A stretch of 64,000 nt of DNA from Antedon mediterranea (taxonomy: Eukaryota; Animalia; Echinodermata), in assembly GCF_964355755.1 (NCBI RefSeq), contig NC_092676.1:14278871-14342870 (forward strand), written 5' to 3'. Position 1 is the stretch's first letter. Each line of letters opens with the position of its first letter. The notes beneath the pieces are model-generated. The model saw nothing but the letters and a program-made list of their open reading frames with translations. It was not told where the DNA came from and did no database searches. Position numbers and translations under genes: made by a program. Below are positions 50,567 through 63,080 of the stretch, one piece after another.

Positions 50567-53500
50567 CTAGACATGTAACTCGTCACTTTGACGAGTTTGG
50601 TTATCCGCCGCGCAAGTGGTGCAACATTAACATTAAGGGGATAGGTTGAGGACAAAAGGAAGTGTTCACGTTGGCATTATGATCTGAACTGAAGAATATG
50701 ATATGTTGTTATTGCTGAATTTTATTATTTAAATTCATATATAGTATACACAGTATATTCTGTATCCATATCACATACAGTGACATACAGTGTAGAATAG
50801 GTGAAATTACGGGACCTGCTATTTATTGCAATTTTTAACATGTTGACGGTTTTAAAATAAAACGCGAAGGTAGCAATTCCGAAAGGAAATTATCTCAGCA
50901 ACAACGTATTAGCGTGTAGAAGAAATTTGAATACGTGAAATATTGATGCGCGCTCTTTTAAATGTAATGAATTATGACGCAAAAGATGAAAATACGACCT
51001 TTTTCATTTAACTGGCCATATGATGACGTCACAACATCCGATTGGCAACATTTTTACATAATTTCGTATCTACAATCCAATAGCTTCCAGAAAAAGTTTT
51101 AATCGTGATTATCACATTTTATTCTTACGAGCTATAACAGATTAAAATTTACTGTAAAGATGAAATTGATGCCACACGTGATTTAAATTTTTAGGCATGA
51201 TGACGTCAAAAAAATTAAAATATTTTTAACTCATGCGAAAGATAGTTGATTGACCTAGACAATATCAAAATCAGGGTGAAAATGGAAAACGAATAGGTGG
51301 AGATGCGCTCTATTCAATGTGATGAGTTATGACGAAAGATACAAAAATCCTAAATTTTATATTCGCGTGGCCATACGATGACGTCACAATGTCCGGTTAG
51401 CCATATTAATAGCTGATCCGATATCTACAACTCATCTACTTCCAGAATATGTCATCCACAAAAAGTTGACCGTCTAGTTTAGAAATTACGACTGTTTCAA
51501 AAAAGGCATATTTTAAACGAATTTTTTAACCTTTTCATAAAAAACGCGCGCAAATTGTCCAATTCGACGTGCTCGTATGACGTATCTTTAAGTCGAAATT
51601 GTTTAAAATTTGGTAAAATTGCTAGAAAAGGCTGGAAAAACATAAATCACGCGAAAAAAATACGTTTTCAATGCTACGTGCGCACCGCACACGTAAAAAT
51701 GTGCGCACGCGTGGGAATTTTTGACATGCTTAAAACGACATAAAACGCGTAGAAAGTTGATTATTAATTAATTTTGCGCATTTTGAAATTTTAAATATGC
51801 GTGCGCGCGTAACTTTGTGTAAAACACGCAATTTTTTTTCAACAGAAAGTTAGCGCATGATATAAATTAAACTTTTGCAAAGTTTCACTTTAAAATGTTA
51901 TTTGGTTTTCGACATATGTTAGATACGAGAAAATCGTTAAATCGCGCGTACGTCACGTTGCGCAATTGTAAACATCATGAAAAGCTTCGCTTGACGACGT
52001 TACATAAATGTCAAAATGTTAACATAGTTACCGAAATGTTATGTTTGCGAGTTTTAGAGAAAAGCGTTACACAAAAATCATACAGAAAGAAAGAAGAAGA
52101 ACTAGACATGAAACTCGTCACTTTGACGAGTTAGTTATCCGCACGACAAACGCCACGTGCACGTCATACGTTGGAATATTGCACACCGAAAAAGATTATG
52201 TCATTATGACCTGAACTGAAGAATATGATATGTTGTTAGTGCTGAATGCTGTATATTTTCTGTCATATAGTATACACAGTATAATCTGTATACATGTCAC
52301 AAACAGTGTAAAATATGTGAAATTACGGGACCCGCATTTTATTTTAATTTTCAAAAGGAAACGCGAAGGTACAGTAGTAATTTCGGAAGAAAATTATCTC
52401 AGCAACAACATATTAACGTTTAGAAGAAATTTGAATACGTGAAATATTAATGCGCGCTTTTTTAAATGTAATGAACTATGACGCAAAAGACGAAAATATG
52501 ACTTTGTTTATTTAACTGGCCATATGATGACGTCACAACATCTGATTGGCGAAAAGTTCACATGATTTCGTATCTGCAATCCCATAGCTTCCTGAAAACG
52601 TTTTAATCGTGATTATCACATTTTATTCTTACGAGCTATAACAGATTAAAATTTACTGTAAAGATGAAATTAATGACGCTGTTAATTAAAATTTTTAAGC
52701 ATGGTGACGTCATAAAAATTAAAATATTTTTAACTCATGCGCAAGATAGTTGATTGACCTAGACAATATTAAAATCTCAGAGAAAAAAGAATACAGATAG
52801 GCGTAATGCGCTCCATTGAATATGATGAGCAATAACGAAACAGACAAAAATCCTATATTTTACATTCGTGTGGCCATACGATGACGTCACAATGTCCGGT
52901 TAGCCATATTGATTCATGATCCGATTTCTACAACTCATCAACTTCCAGAATATGTAATTAAAAAAAAGTTCACCTCGTTGTTTAGAATCTATGACTGTTT
53001 AAAAAAAGGCATAATTTTGACAAATTTTTGAACTTTTTCATCAAAAACGCACGTAAAGTATCCAATTCAACGTGCCCGTATGATGTAATTGTAAGTCGAA
53101 ATTGTTTTAAAATTTGTAAAATTACTATAAAAGGCTGGAAAAACATAATTCAATAAAAAAAAAATACTTTTAGCGCTACGTGCGCACCACGAGCATAAAA
53201 TTGTTCGCGCGCGTGGGAAATTTTGACATGGTCAAAATGTCATAATCAGCGTAGAAAGTTGATTAAAAATTAATTTTGCGCATTTTGAATTTTAAATGCG
53301 CGTGCGCGCGTAACTTTGTGTAAAACACGCAATTTTTTTCCACAAAAAGTTAGCGCATGATATAAATTAAAGTTTTGCTAAGTTTCAATTTAAATTGTTA
53401 TATGCTTTTAAATCTATGTTAAATACGCGAAATTCATAAAATCGTGCGTAAGTCACGTTGCGCATTTCTGACGTCATTCACAATAGGAGGTGCACAACTT

Positions 53501-55502
53501 CACGTGAATGCCCATATGTTGACAAAGTTATGAAATGTTATGTTTACACGTTTTTGAGATACGCGAGATACAAAAATAGAGGAGAAATGCGCGTGCGCGC
53601 GTAACGTCTTGTAAAACATGGCATTTTTAATCCACAAAAAAGTTTGCCCTTGATATGACTTAAATTTTCACAAAGTGTCAAAACAAATTTATGCTTGGTT
53701 TTTAGTCTATGATCAATCATAAAAAATCATAAAATCGCACGTAAGTCACGTTGCGCAACTCTGACGTCATTAAAAAATAGGAGGTGCACAACTTCACGTA
53801 AATGCCCATATGTTGACAAAGTTATGAAATGTTATGTTTACAAGTTTTTGAGATACGTGAGGCACAAAAATGAGGGAGAAAGAAATAAGAAAAAAACTAG
53901 ACATGAAACTCGTCACATTGACGAGTTAGTTATCCGCACCACGACAAACACGTCATACGTTGGAATATTGCACACAGATAAAGATTATGGCATTATGACA
54001 AGAACTGAAGAATATGATATGCTGTTAGTGCTGAATTCTGTCAATTTTGTGTCATATAGTATATACATGCAAACAGTATAATCTGTATACATATTACATA
54101 CAGTGTAGAATAGGTGAAATTACGGGACCCGCCATTTATTCCAATTTTTAACATGGCGACGGTATCAAAATGAAACACTTAGATAGCAATTTCAGAAGGA
54201 AATTATCTCAGGAACAACATATTCACGTGTAGAAGAAATTTGAATACGTAAAATATAGATGCGCACCCTTTTAAATGTGATGAACTATTACGCAAAATAT
54301 GGAAACACGACTTTTTTTATTCAACTGGCCATATGATGACGTCACAACATCCGATTGGCAAAATGTTTACATGAATTTGTATCTACAATCCAATAGCTTC
54401 CAGAAAACGTTTTAATCGTGATTATCACATTTTATTCTGATGAGCTATAACAGATTAAAATTTACTGTAAAGATGAAAATAAGTGACCCACGTTATTTAC
54501 AATTTTCGACATGATGACGTCATAAAAATTAAAATATTTTTAACTCATGCGAAAGATAGTTCATTCACCTAGACAATATAAAAATCGGGGTGAAAATAAA
54601 AAACGGATAAGTGGAGATGCGCTCTATTAAATGTGATGCGCTATGACGAAAGATATAAAAATCCTATATTTTATATTCGCGTGGCCATACGATGACGTTA
54701 TAATGTCCGATTAGCCATATTAATGCATGATTCCATATCTACAACTCATCAACTTCCAGAATATATAATTTAAAAAAAGTTCACCTCGTAGTTTAGAATC
54801 TATGAATGTTTAAAAAAAGGCATAATTTTGACGAATTTTGACAAATTTTTGAACTTTTTCATCAAAAACGCACGTAAATTATCCAATTGGATGTGCCCGT
54901 ATGACGTAATTTTAGGTCAAAATTGTTCAAAAGTTGGTAAAATTACTAGAAAAGGCTGGAAAAACATGAATCACGCGAAAAAATTTATTTTAAACGCTAC
55001 GTGCGCACCGTGCGAGTAAAAATATGCGCGCGCGTGGGAATTTTTGACATGCTCAAAATAACATGAAACGCGTAGAAAATTGATTAGAAATTGATTTTTC
55101 GCATTTTGAAATTTTAAACGCCCGTGCGCGCGTAACTTCTTGTGAAACATGCCATTTTTTTTCCACAGTCAGTTAGCGCAAGATATAAATTAAACTTTTG
55201 TTAAGTTTCAATTTAAATTGCTATATGGTTTTCGATCTATGTTAAATACGCGAAATTCGTTAAAACGCGCGTAAATCACGTTGCGCAATTCTGACGTCAT
55301 TCACAATAGGAGGTGCACAATTTCACGTGAATGCCCACATGTTGACAAAGTTATAAAATGTTTTGTTTACAAGTTTTTGAGATACGCGAGACACAAAATT
55401 GACAGAAAGAAAGAATAATACAGAAAAAAAAAAAAAAAAAAAAGATGATTTCATACAGTTACAAGGAGTTATCCGCTACTAAGCGGATAACTAATAAAAA
55501 GT

Positions 55503-55535
<33 letters not shown>

Positions 55536-55581
55536 CGTACAATCACAAGAGGTTATCCTGCAACTTCGTTGCGGATAACCA
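50567..55581 (-). mobile_element. Three further copies of the same Helentron-like family in opposite orientation
   Basis: 3' CTAG/stem-loop ends at 50567, 52102 and 53897; 5' hairpin heads stacked at 55465-55494 and 55551-55580; partial duplication ~53588-53896. Confidence 0.85.
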
Positions 55582-55692
55582 ATTATCTTCCTACATCATA
55601 ACATGAGAAACAAAATGCAATGGAAAAAAAATTGCTTTTGACAGTTTTAAAAGAAATTATTGTATAATGTTATATAAGTTATGAAAGAGTAG

Positions 55693-56064
55693 TGTTATGG
55701 TTGAGTGATTTTGTTTGATTTTTTGATAATGGAATAGCCCATGGGGGATGGGAACCCTGCTGGACACCCAAGCCTAGAGAGCTGTATCCAAGGAGACATC
55801 TTTCTCTTTAGCCTGGCTGGGTGACTGGCAGGGAGAGGTGTGTTCTCCTTGCTAATAAAGCAAATAATAAATGCTAGAATTTGTAATTAAACTGCTATAA
55901 ACTGAGCCTGTTTTGCTTGCCTGTTTTGCTTGCCTGTTTTGCTTGCCTGTTTATATTCCAATAAATGTTTGTTGTGAGATCAAATCAAGACGATTTACCT
56001 GGTATCATTATTTCACGTGTCAACCGCAATCCCACACAAGTTAGGGAGGCCGGAGCCTTTTACA
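55693..56064 (+). mobile_element. Solo LTR (Gypsy-like, 4-bp TSD)
   Basis: TGTTA...TTACA, 372 bp, with GTAG on both sides, internal AATAAA and a 13-bp tandem GCCTGTTTTGCTT. Confidence 0.75.
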
Positions 56065-56309
56065 GTAGTAATAGGCATATTTAAAATTGTTAAATAACAA
56101 ATTATTTCAGCTACTTACAGTTCAACATTACATTCGTTACATTACAATTATTGTATTGTTTTTAAAACAACTTTCATCATCCAGGGAAGAATGTGCGCTT
56201 TTTAATGGTTAATTAATAAAGGATTAATTAGATGTTTTACCCTACTCTGACGTAATTTGTACTTTATACTAAGTACATTTGAGAATACTTGCGAAAAAAA
56301 TTCCAAGTA

Positions 56310-56374
56310 GTTCTCGGGTGGGACTCGAACCCACAACCTCCAGATCACTAGCCTGGCGTCTAGACCACCGAGCT
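56310..56374 (-). other. tRNA-derived fragment (SINE head or pseudogene)
   Basis: Minus strand AGCTCGGTGGTCTAGAC...GTGGGTTCGAGTCCCACC with A and B boxes. Confidence 0.55.
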
Positions 56375-58303
56375 CGGTGGTCTAGAGGTATGAACGCCAA
56401 GTGTAAACTGTTTTTAAGTAACAGTTGCTGTAATGACATTTAAAAAAAACGTCAGTTCTAGTTCTAGTTTATTTACTACGATAGAGCTTATACTATATAC
56501 GATACTTATTCGCCGTAGAGGGCGTAGACGCAAAAAGTTCGCGGAACTGGGGTGGCAAATGGTAGAATAGGTCAAGGGTGATTGATCCAGACCAAAATAT
56601 TTTGAAAAAATTAAGTAGGTCAAGTGTTATAACGTTTGTAAAAGCCAGTTACTTATTCGCCGTAGAGGGCGTAGACGCAAAAAAGTTCCAGGAACTGGGG
56701 TGGCAAATGGTAGAGTAGGTCAAGGGTGATCGATTCATACCAAAATATTTTGTAAAAATTAAGTAGGTCAAATGTTATAACGTTCGTAAAAGCCAGTTAC
56801 TTATTCGCCGTAGAGGGCGTAGACGCAAAAAAGTTTGCGGAACTGGGGTGGCAAATGGTAGAGTAGGTCAAGGGTGATCGAACCATACCAAAATATTTTT
56901 AAAAAATTAAGTAGATCAAGCGTTATAACGTTCGTAAAGCCAGTTACTTATTCGCCGTAGAGGGCGTAGATGCAAAAAAGTTCTTGGAACTGGGGTGGCA
57001 AATGGTAAAGTAGGTCAAGGGTGATCGATTCATACCAAAACATTTTGAAAAAATTAAGTAGGTCAAGCGTTATAACGTTCGTAAAGCCAGTTACTAATTC
57101 GCCGTAGAGGGCGTAGATGCAAAAAATGTTATTGAACTTTGACCTGAAGAAGTAGAGGAGGTCAAGGCTAACAAGTTGATGCAATAACAACTCAATTAGA
57201 CAGTTATTACGGTCGGAGCAATCGTGTAATCATCCCAGCATGTGTTGTTTCAAAAATTCGAAACACATTCGCATCCGAGCAATACACCGGTTTTAAATAT
57301 CCATCACTTTAGGTTGAAAGCGTGTACGGTGAGCAGCTATCGCTTCAGTTTTGTTGGGACGGGAAAACTCGCTGCATAGTGGCGGTGGCACATCTTCAAT
57401 TTGCATGATTTCGTCTTTACTGCAAGACATTACCAAGTCAACTAATTTACCAACATACTCTGCAAAATAAAAATTTCACCTTGATAATTTGTTTAAAACA
57501 TTTAAAACGTTAGTAATATTCCAAAAAAGCAAAATAATGTACTGTACTTACCATAGGTTGGATTCACCATTACATACTTTACAACTGATCCGCCTTTCTT
57601 GAACTTTGGAAAATCATCCTTGGTCTGGGCCTGACAACGTCCACCATTCTCATTGTAATGCAATGCAGCTAATAGTGTTCTGTAATTAACAAATAAACAA
57701 AAAGAAATAAAATTTGAAGACTTTTTTTTATATATAAATTGTATTTTAATTATTATTATTTCATATTATTTACCTGCATTTTTGAACCCGAAATGTGAAG
57801 TGACGTGCCTTTGGCGCATAATGGTTCAGAAGAGAGTGGAATGCTTCTAATTTCGATGTCTGGTGCTTTTCGCTCATCTGTCCAATGTCTTTTACTAACC
57901 TCGGATTTGTGACGATGTCTTTAGTTTTGTTGGCAGCAATACTACCTGTTAAAAAAATATATAATAATATTTGTTGTTTATTAATATTAAACAAGAAAAT
58001 ATTTACATGGGGTTTAAAAAATAGAATATCTCACCTGGGATTAACCATTTCTTCCGTGGCTCACCATTACTGAATTCATCATGGAGGCAACAAGGGAAGA
58101 GATCACCATGACCTGTGTGCATATTTTGCATATGCCGCAACAATGAGTTCATGACTTCCCCGTCCCCGGACGGTGTTGACGTAGCGCACCAATATATGTG
58201 GTGGTTGATGCTTTTAGCCCATGGTCTCAAGTCTTGACCACAAACCAACTTTGCTGCTGCGTCAATTTTTTTCTTGATTCCTTAAAATTGCAGAAATAAA
58301 ATA

Positions 58304-61300
58304 AGTCATAATTCTTTATTCACCAAAGGCAAAACGGTATAAACAAATAGCTTTCGCTAGTCAATGGTTTACACCTGATTAACAAATATAATACTGTTCA
58401 GTGCAAACGATTTTGATAATATAATTATACAATAATGTAAAAAAAAAACCACAATAATGACAAAAAGAAAGAGGTGGGCCAGCATTAATCAGTATCTCGA
58501 TAATAGTAGTTCAGTTATATTTTTTACGAAATTAATTTTTGATGTATTATTTTTTATGTCGAGTGATAAATTATTCCAAAATGTTGTGCCAGTAAACGAA
58601 ATTCTAAATGGACCTGCCATAGTACGGGCTTTTGGGATAGATAGGTTTTTACCTAGTAGTTCGTAAATGATCAACTGTACTAAAATAATAACTGATTTGA
58701 TGTGCAGAGTTTCTATTATATAAATCAAAAACAAAATTAAGTACACATAATTCGTATAGTTTATGAACATCTAGAATATTAAGTTGCTTAAATATCGGAG
58801 ATGACGAAGTATTAAAATCAGAAAAAGTTATACACCGAATACACATTTTTTGAATGACACAAATAGGTTGTAAATATGTTTTATACGTCCTACCCCCAAG
58901 TGATACTTGGTTGAATAAACATTTTATATAATAAGATTAATATATTTGTGGGTACAACATATCTTAGTTTAAATAAAATGCATGCCTTCTTTCTAATATT
59001 GTTTTTAACATCATTAATATGACTATTCCAAATTAAATGTTTATCAATCTTAACACCAACAAACATTACTTCTGCTTCATTAAGTTGTTTATGTTTTGCA
59101 TATATATTACCGTTAGTAGAAACATTTTTATTCCTGTTACAGAATACAATATAATTTGTTTTACCAACGTTAATAATAATAAAATAATTTGTTTGCATTG
59201 CACCATTCAATGACATGTTGAAAATTATAATTAATTATAGAGAGATCAATATTATTGCCAGAGAAATCATGAAATAAATTAGTATCATCTGCAAACAGCC
59301 TAAATTCAAAAAAATTAGTAGAATGAGAAATATCATTTATGTAGATCAGAAACAGGGTTGTACCCAATACTGATCCTTGTGGGACTCCACATGAGATTGG
59401 GAGTTTATCAGAACTAATTTGGTCAGCAGCCACGTATTGAAATCTTCCTTTTAAATAGTCGGTTAACCAATATAATGGTTGACCTCTTATTCCATAGTGT
59501 TGTAGTTTAGATATTAATATTTCATGATTAATCGTGTCGAATGCTTTCATAAAGTCTATAAATATGCCAATAGAATTATTTCCATCATCAAATTGTTGTA
59601 GAAGATGGTTAACTAAATTTATAAGTGACAATTTTGTGTTGTATTTTTCTCTAAACCCGTATTGATGCTGATGAAATATATTAAACTTTTCGAAGAAATA
59701 TATAAGTCTATTATTTACAATTTTTTCGAGAATTTTGCTATGGGTCGATAATGTCCAGGATTATCCTTGGAACCTTTCTTAAATAAGGGAATGACTCTGG
59801 CTGTTTTAAATGAATCTGGGAATTTACCTTGAGAAAACGATAAATTAAAAATGTAAGCTAATGGTATGGCAATGTGCTCAGCAGCAATAATAATAAGTTT
59901 GGCAGGTAAATTATCATGTCCAGTCGATTTCCTCTTATCAAGGGCGTTTATCAAATTATAAATCTCTTTATGAGATGTTGGTGTTAAAAAGAAAGATTTA
60001 TTTAAAGGCTCTGCTAAATAATCACTAAATGTTTTTATCATTGGACTTACTTCTTTGGAGAGATTTGGACCGATATTTGTGAAAAAATGATTAAAGCTAT
60101 CTACAATCTGCTTGGGGTGAGATACCTCAGCTCCATTTTTATTTATCACTTTTTCTGGTAAGGTGGGGCTGCTGTTTGAATTATTTTTTCCGAGCAAACC
60201 ATTTATAGTTTCCCACGTTTTAGTGGAATTACTACGATTTTGCGTAAATAAATTAGTATAATAAGTTCTTTTTGCGTCCCTTAATAATTTTGTCAACATA
60301 TTTCGATGTCTTTTATATTCAGCTACTTTAATATTGTCATAACCCGATTTTATTACTTTTGAATATAGTTTATGTTTTTTGTTAATCATTTTTTTAATCG
60401 ATCAAGAAATCCAAGGTTTTGATTTTCGAATATTATTTAATGACCGTTCAACTATTGGAGCGTGTTTATTACAGCACTCATAAAAAATTAAATGAAAAGT
60501 ATCATACGCCCCATCAACATCATTACGGGAATAGACTTGGTTCCAATCTAATTGCGATACATCATTTATAAAACATTCAGATAAAAAATGACTATAATCT
60601 CTACATACAACACTCTCCTTAACAAAACTTGACAAATTCAATTCAGAGAATATAGCAAATATTGGTAAGTGATCCGAAATATCGCATGCAATTGTTCCAG
60701 AGTCAATTACATTATTATCTATGTTTGTATAAATGTGATCAATAATTGTTTTCGACGTTGGTGTTACCCTTGTTGCAACAGTTATTAACTGATGTAGATA
60801 AAGGAAATGCAACGCTGTACAAAATGAATCATTGATTCCATCATTCCCCAATAAATCAACATTAAAGTCGCCAAGTAATATACAACGTTTCTTATCTACT
60901 CCAATGCAATATAAAACATTTAACAATTCATCTTGAAAATATTACAAATTTGTGTTTGGTTTTCTATAGAACACCGACAACAATCACTTGCTTCCCGTCT
61001 GTTATCTCTAACCATATTGATTCGGAGTTAGCAACGCTGTACTGTATGTTAATTTTTTATATTTAACAGAGTTATGGACATATGCGCCAACGCCACCACC
61101 CCTTCCTTCTTCACGGCAGCAATATTCAAATGAATATGAATCTAATTTATAGCTTTCTGGGTTGTCGATGTTCCATGTTTCTGAAATTCCAATTATTTTA
61201 AATTTTTTTTTTAAAGTATCTTCATACAATAGTCTCATTGCATCGAAATTGTGTTTAATTGAACGAATATTTATATGAGAGGCTGTAAATATGTGGTGAA

Positions 61301-62024
61301 AGTTTGATCCATATGTGTCGTTGAAAGCTGAAGGAGTCATGGCGTTAATTGAATTGTTATTCAAATCAGAATACCTATTCTCGTCAGAATTTGAATATTC
61401 AAATTCCGGCATAGTAACGTATTACATACTTTAGATACATTAATGATTTACACAAGCCCACAAGAAAAAATAGTAGATAATAAAAAAACAAAAATAATGA
61501 TAACAATCTCTTCTAATTGTAGTAATAAGTTCCTCATAATACCGTACATAACAGTGGTTGGCGCCAGCTACAACAAATATAATCATATAAAATACATAGT
61601 ATACGACAAATACGACAAATAATACGAAGAAATAAAATAAAGTTCACTCCGCCCGATGAGTGTCATTGAGATATTCGAAAGCCATATAGGCCTAGGCCTA
61701 CATTAGTTTGGGTATACTCGTTTCAGCTTAACCTCGCCATCTTTAACCAACATATATGCCGGCACGGACCACGGAATAAGCGCGAATTTCCCATCTTTTC
61801 TAAGCTTACTTTGCTCAACTTTTAGTTTAGCACGGTCCGCTCTCAAGGTGGATGTAACGTCTTCAGAAATAAAGATAAAGTTACCGTGGTATTGTTTGCC
61901 TTTCAGTAATTTAGGAGCCGCTCGCAGAATTTGATCCCTAATTCCTAATGGTCTGAGCATAGCCTAATTTCCCCATCGGGCTTCTGTGAGCTCTTTCAAT
62001 TTCGATATTCGTTACCAACACCCT
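58304..62024 (-). mobile_element. L2/Crack-like LINE, 5'-truncated and decayed, in a transposase intron
   Basis: ORF1 remnant (IERAHR...IFISEDVT), APE (NIRS, SETW, GDFN, IDH, SDH) and RT (DFMKAFDT, GVPQGSVLG, LFADDT); candidate TSD AATAAAATA at 58295-58303 and 62025-62033. Confidence 0.9.
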
Positions 62025-62959
62025 AATAAAATAGCCAGATGTGAAATGTAGTGTTTCTAAACATTTGAATATCTTACCTTTAGCTATATGCCAAATGTCA
62101 AACTTGTGGGTTGTTCCGTCCATATTCTCACACGGACCCACTTCTTGATCTGGGAGTGGCGGTCTGTCACCAACACATTAATTTTGACGTTTTCCTTCTT
62201 TAAACTCTCAACACCCCTTCCTTTTCCATGGCGCTACTTGACGATACTTCATTTGACTAAAGGGCAACATATATTTTTAATCACTACATGAAGATTTGGT
62301 TTAGCATTTATTAGCACTTTTTATAGTGAAATAATACCTACTTGAACAAGCTGTACGTCTAAAATTTTTCCACCACTTAGATCCATCAGAGTATAGCAGC
62401 CATACTTTGCAGAATGACCAGGAGAGTCGCACCTTCCATCACCTCCAACCACTAGTTTGGTTGGAGGCAGTACATTGCATATGATTTAGCATCCGAAGTG
62501 CTTTTGATGGACTGGACCCTAAAAAAAAGAATTGCTGCCTACAACTGTAAATTCCCAGCTGGTGCATTCTGTATCTTCGGCTGGGACTCCCAATGTCGTG
62601 TGTAGTTGCATGAAAGACATTGTTGCTTGATGCGGCACAAAGTTCCTTGGACAAAACTTGTTGAACTTTCAGTTTCAGCACTGCACATTGGACAAATTTG
62701 AAAAGCAGCCAACAATCTGTCTTCGTAAACAATAAACTTTCGGCCTCTAAAAGCATCTCCTGCTACATACTCCCTGAAAAATTGTATACAAATAAAAATG
62801 TTTAGGCTAATACTTCAAGTATTTGTTGGTAAATTTCATTGTATTTAAACCATCACATGTTACACAAGTTGTAAGAGTTCATTGAAAACTCACATTTTCT
62901 CATCTTCATTTGCATCCATCCCTATGTCTTCCCATGGGTCATAGTCTGGGTCGTTACAG

Positions 62960-63080
62960 TCATCATCATCATCGTTATCTTCTTCATCATCCTCCTCTTC
63001 TTCATCCTCCTCCTCCTCCTCCTCTCTTCTTCCTCCTCCTCCTCCTCCTCCTCCTCCTCCTCCTCCTCCTCTTCTTCATC
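62960..63080. repeat. (TCA)n/(TCC)n trinucleotide tract encoding the acidic linker of the second transposase
   Basis: Long CCT run, read as poly-Glu on the minus strand. Confidence 0.85.

Larger units (their letters stand above)
46240..57211. mobile_element. Foldback-type element with ~700-780-bp inverted arms made of 147-bp tandem units
   Basis: Terminal CGTAATAACTGTCTAATTGAGTTGTTATTGCATC is inverted at 57178-57211. Unit markers fall at 46334, 46481, 46628, 46775, 46922 and at 56511, 56658, 56806, 56953, 57100. No TSD. Confidence 0.88.
45992..57312 (+). pseudogene. KolX gene of the second Kolobok, central part replaced by a foldback insertion
   Basis: Exon 1 MDYIQPYQFEP...RLENTEW with the same phase-2 intron as the first KolX; tail GRSNRVIIPACVVSKIRNTF...YTGFKYPSL*. 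Confidence 0.85.
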
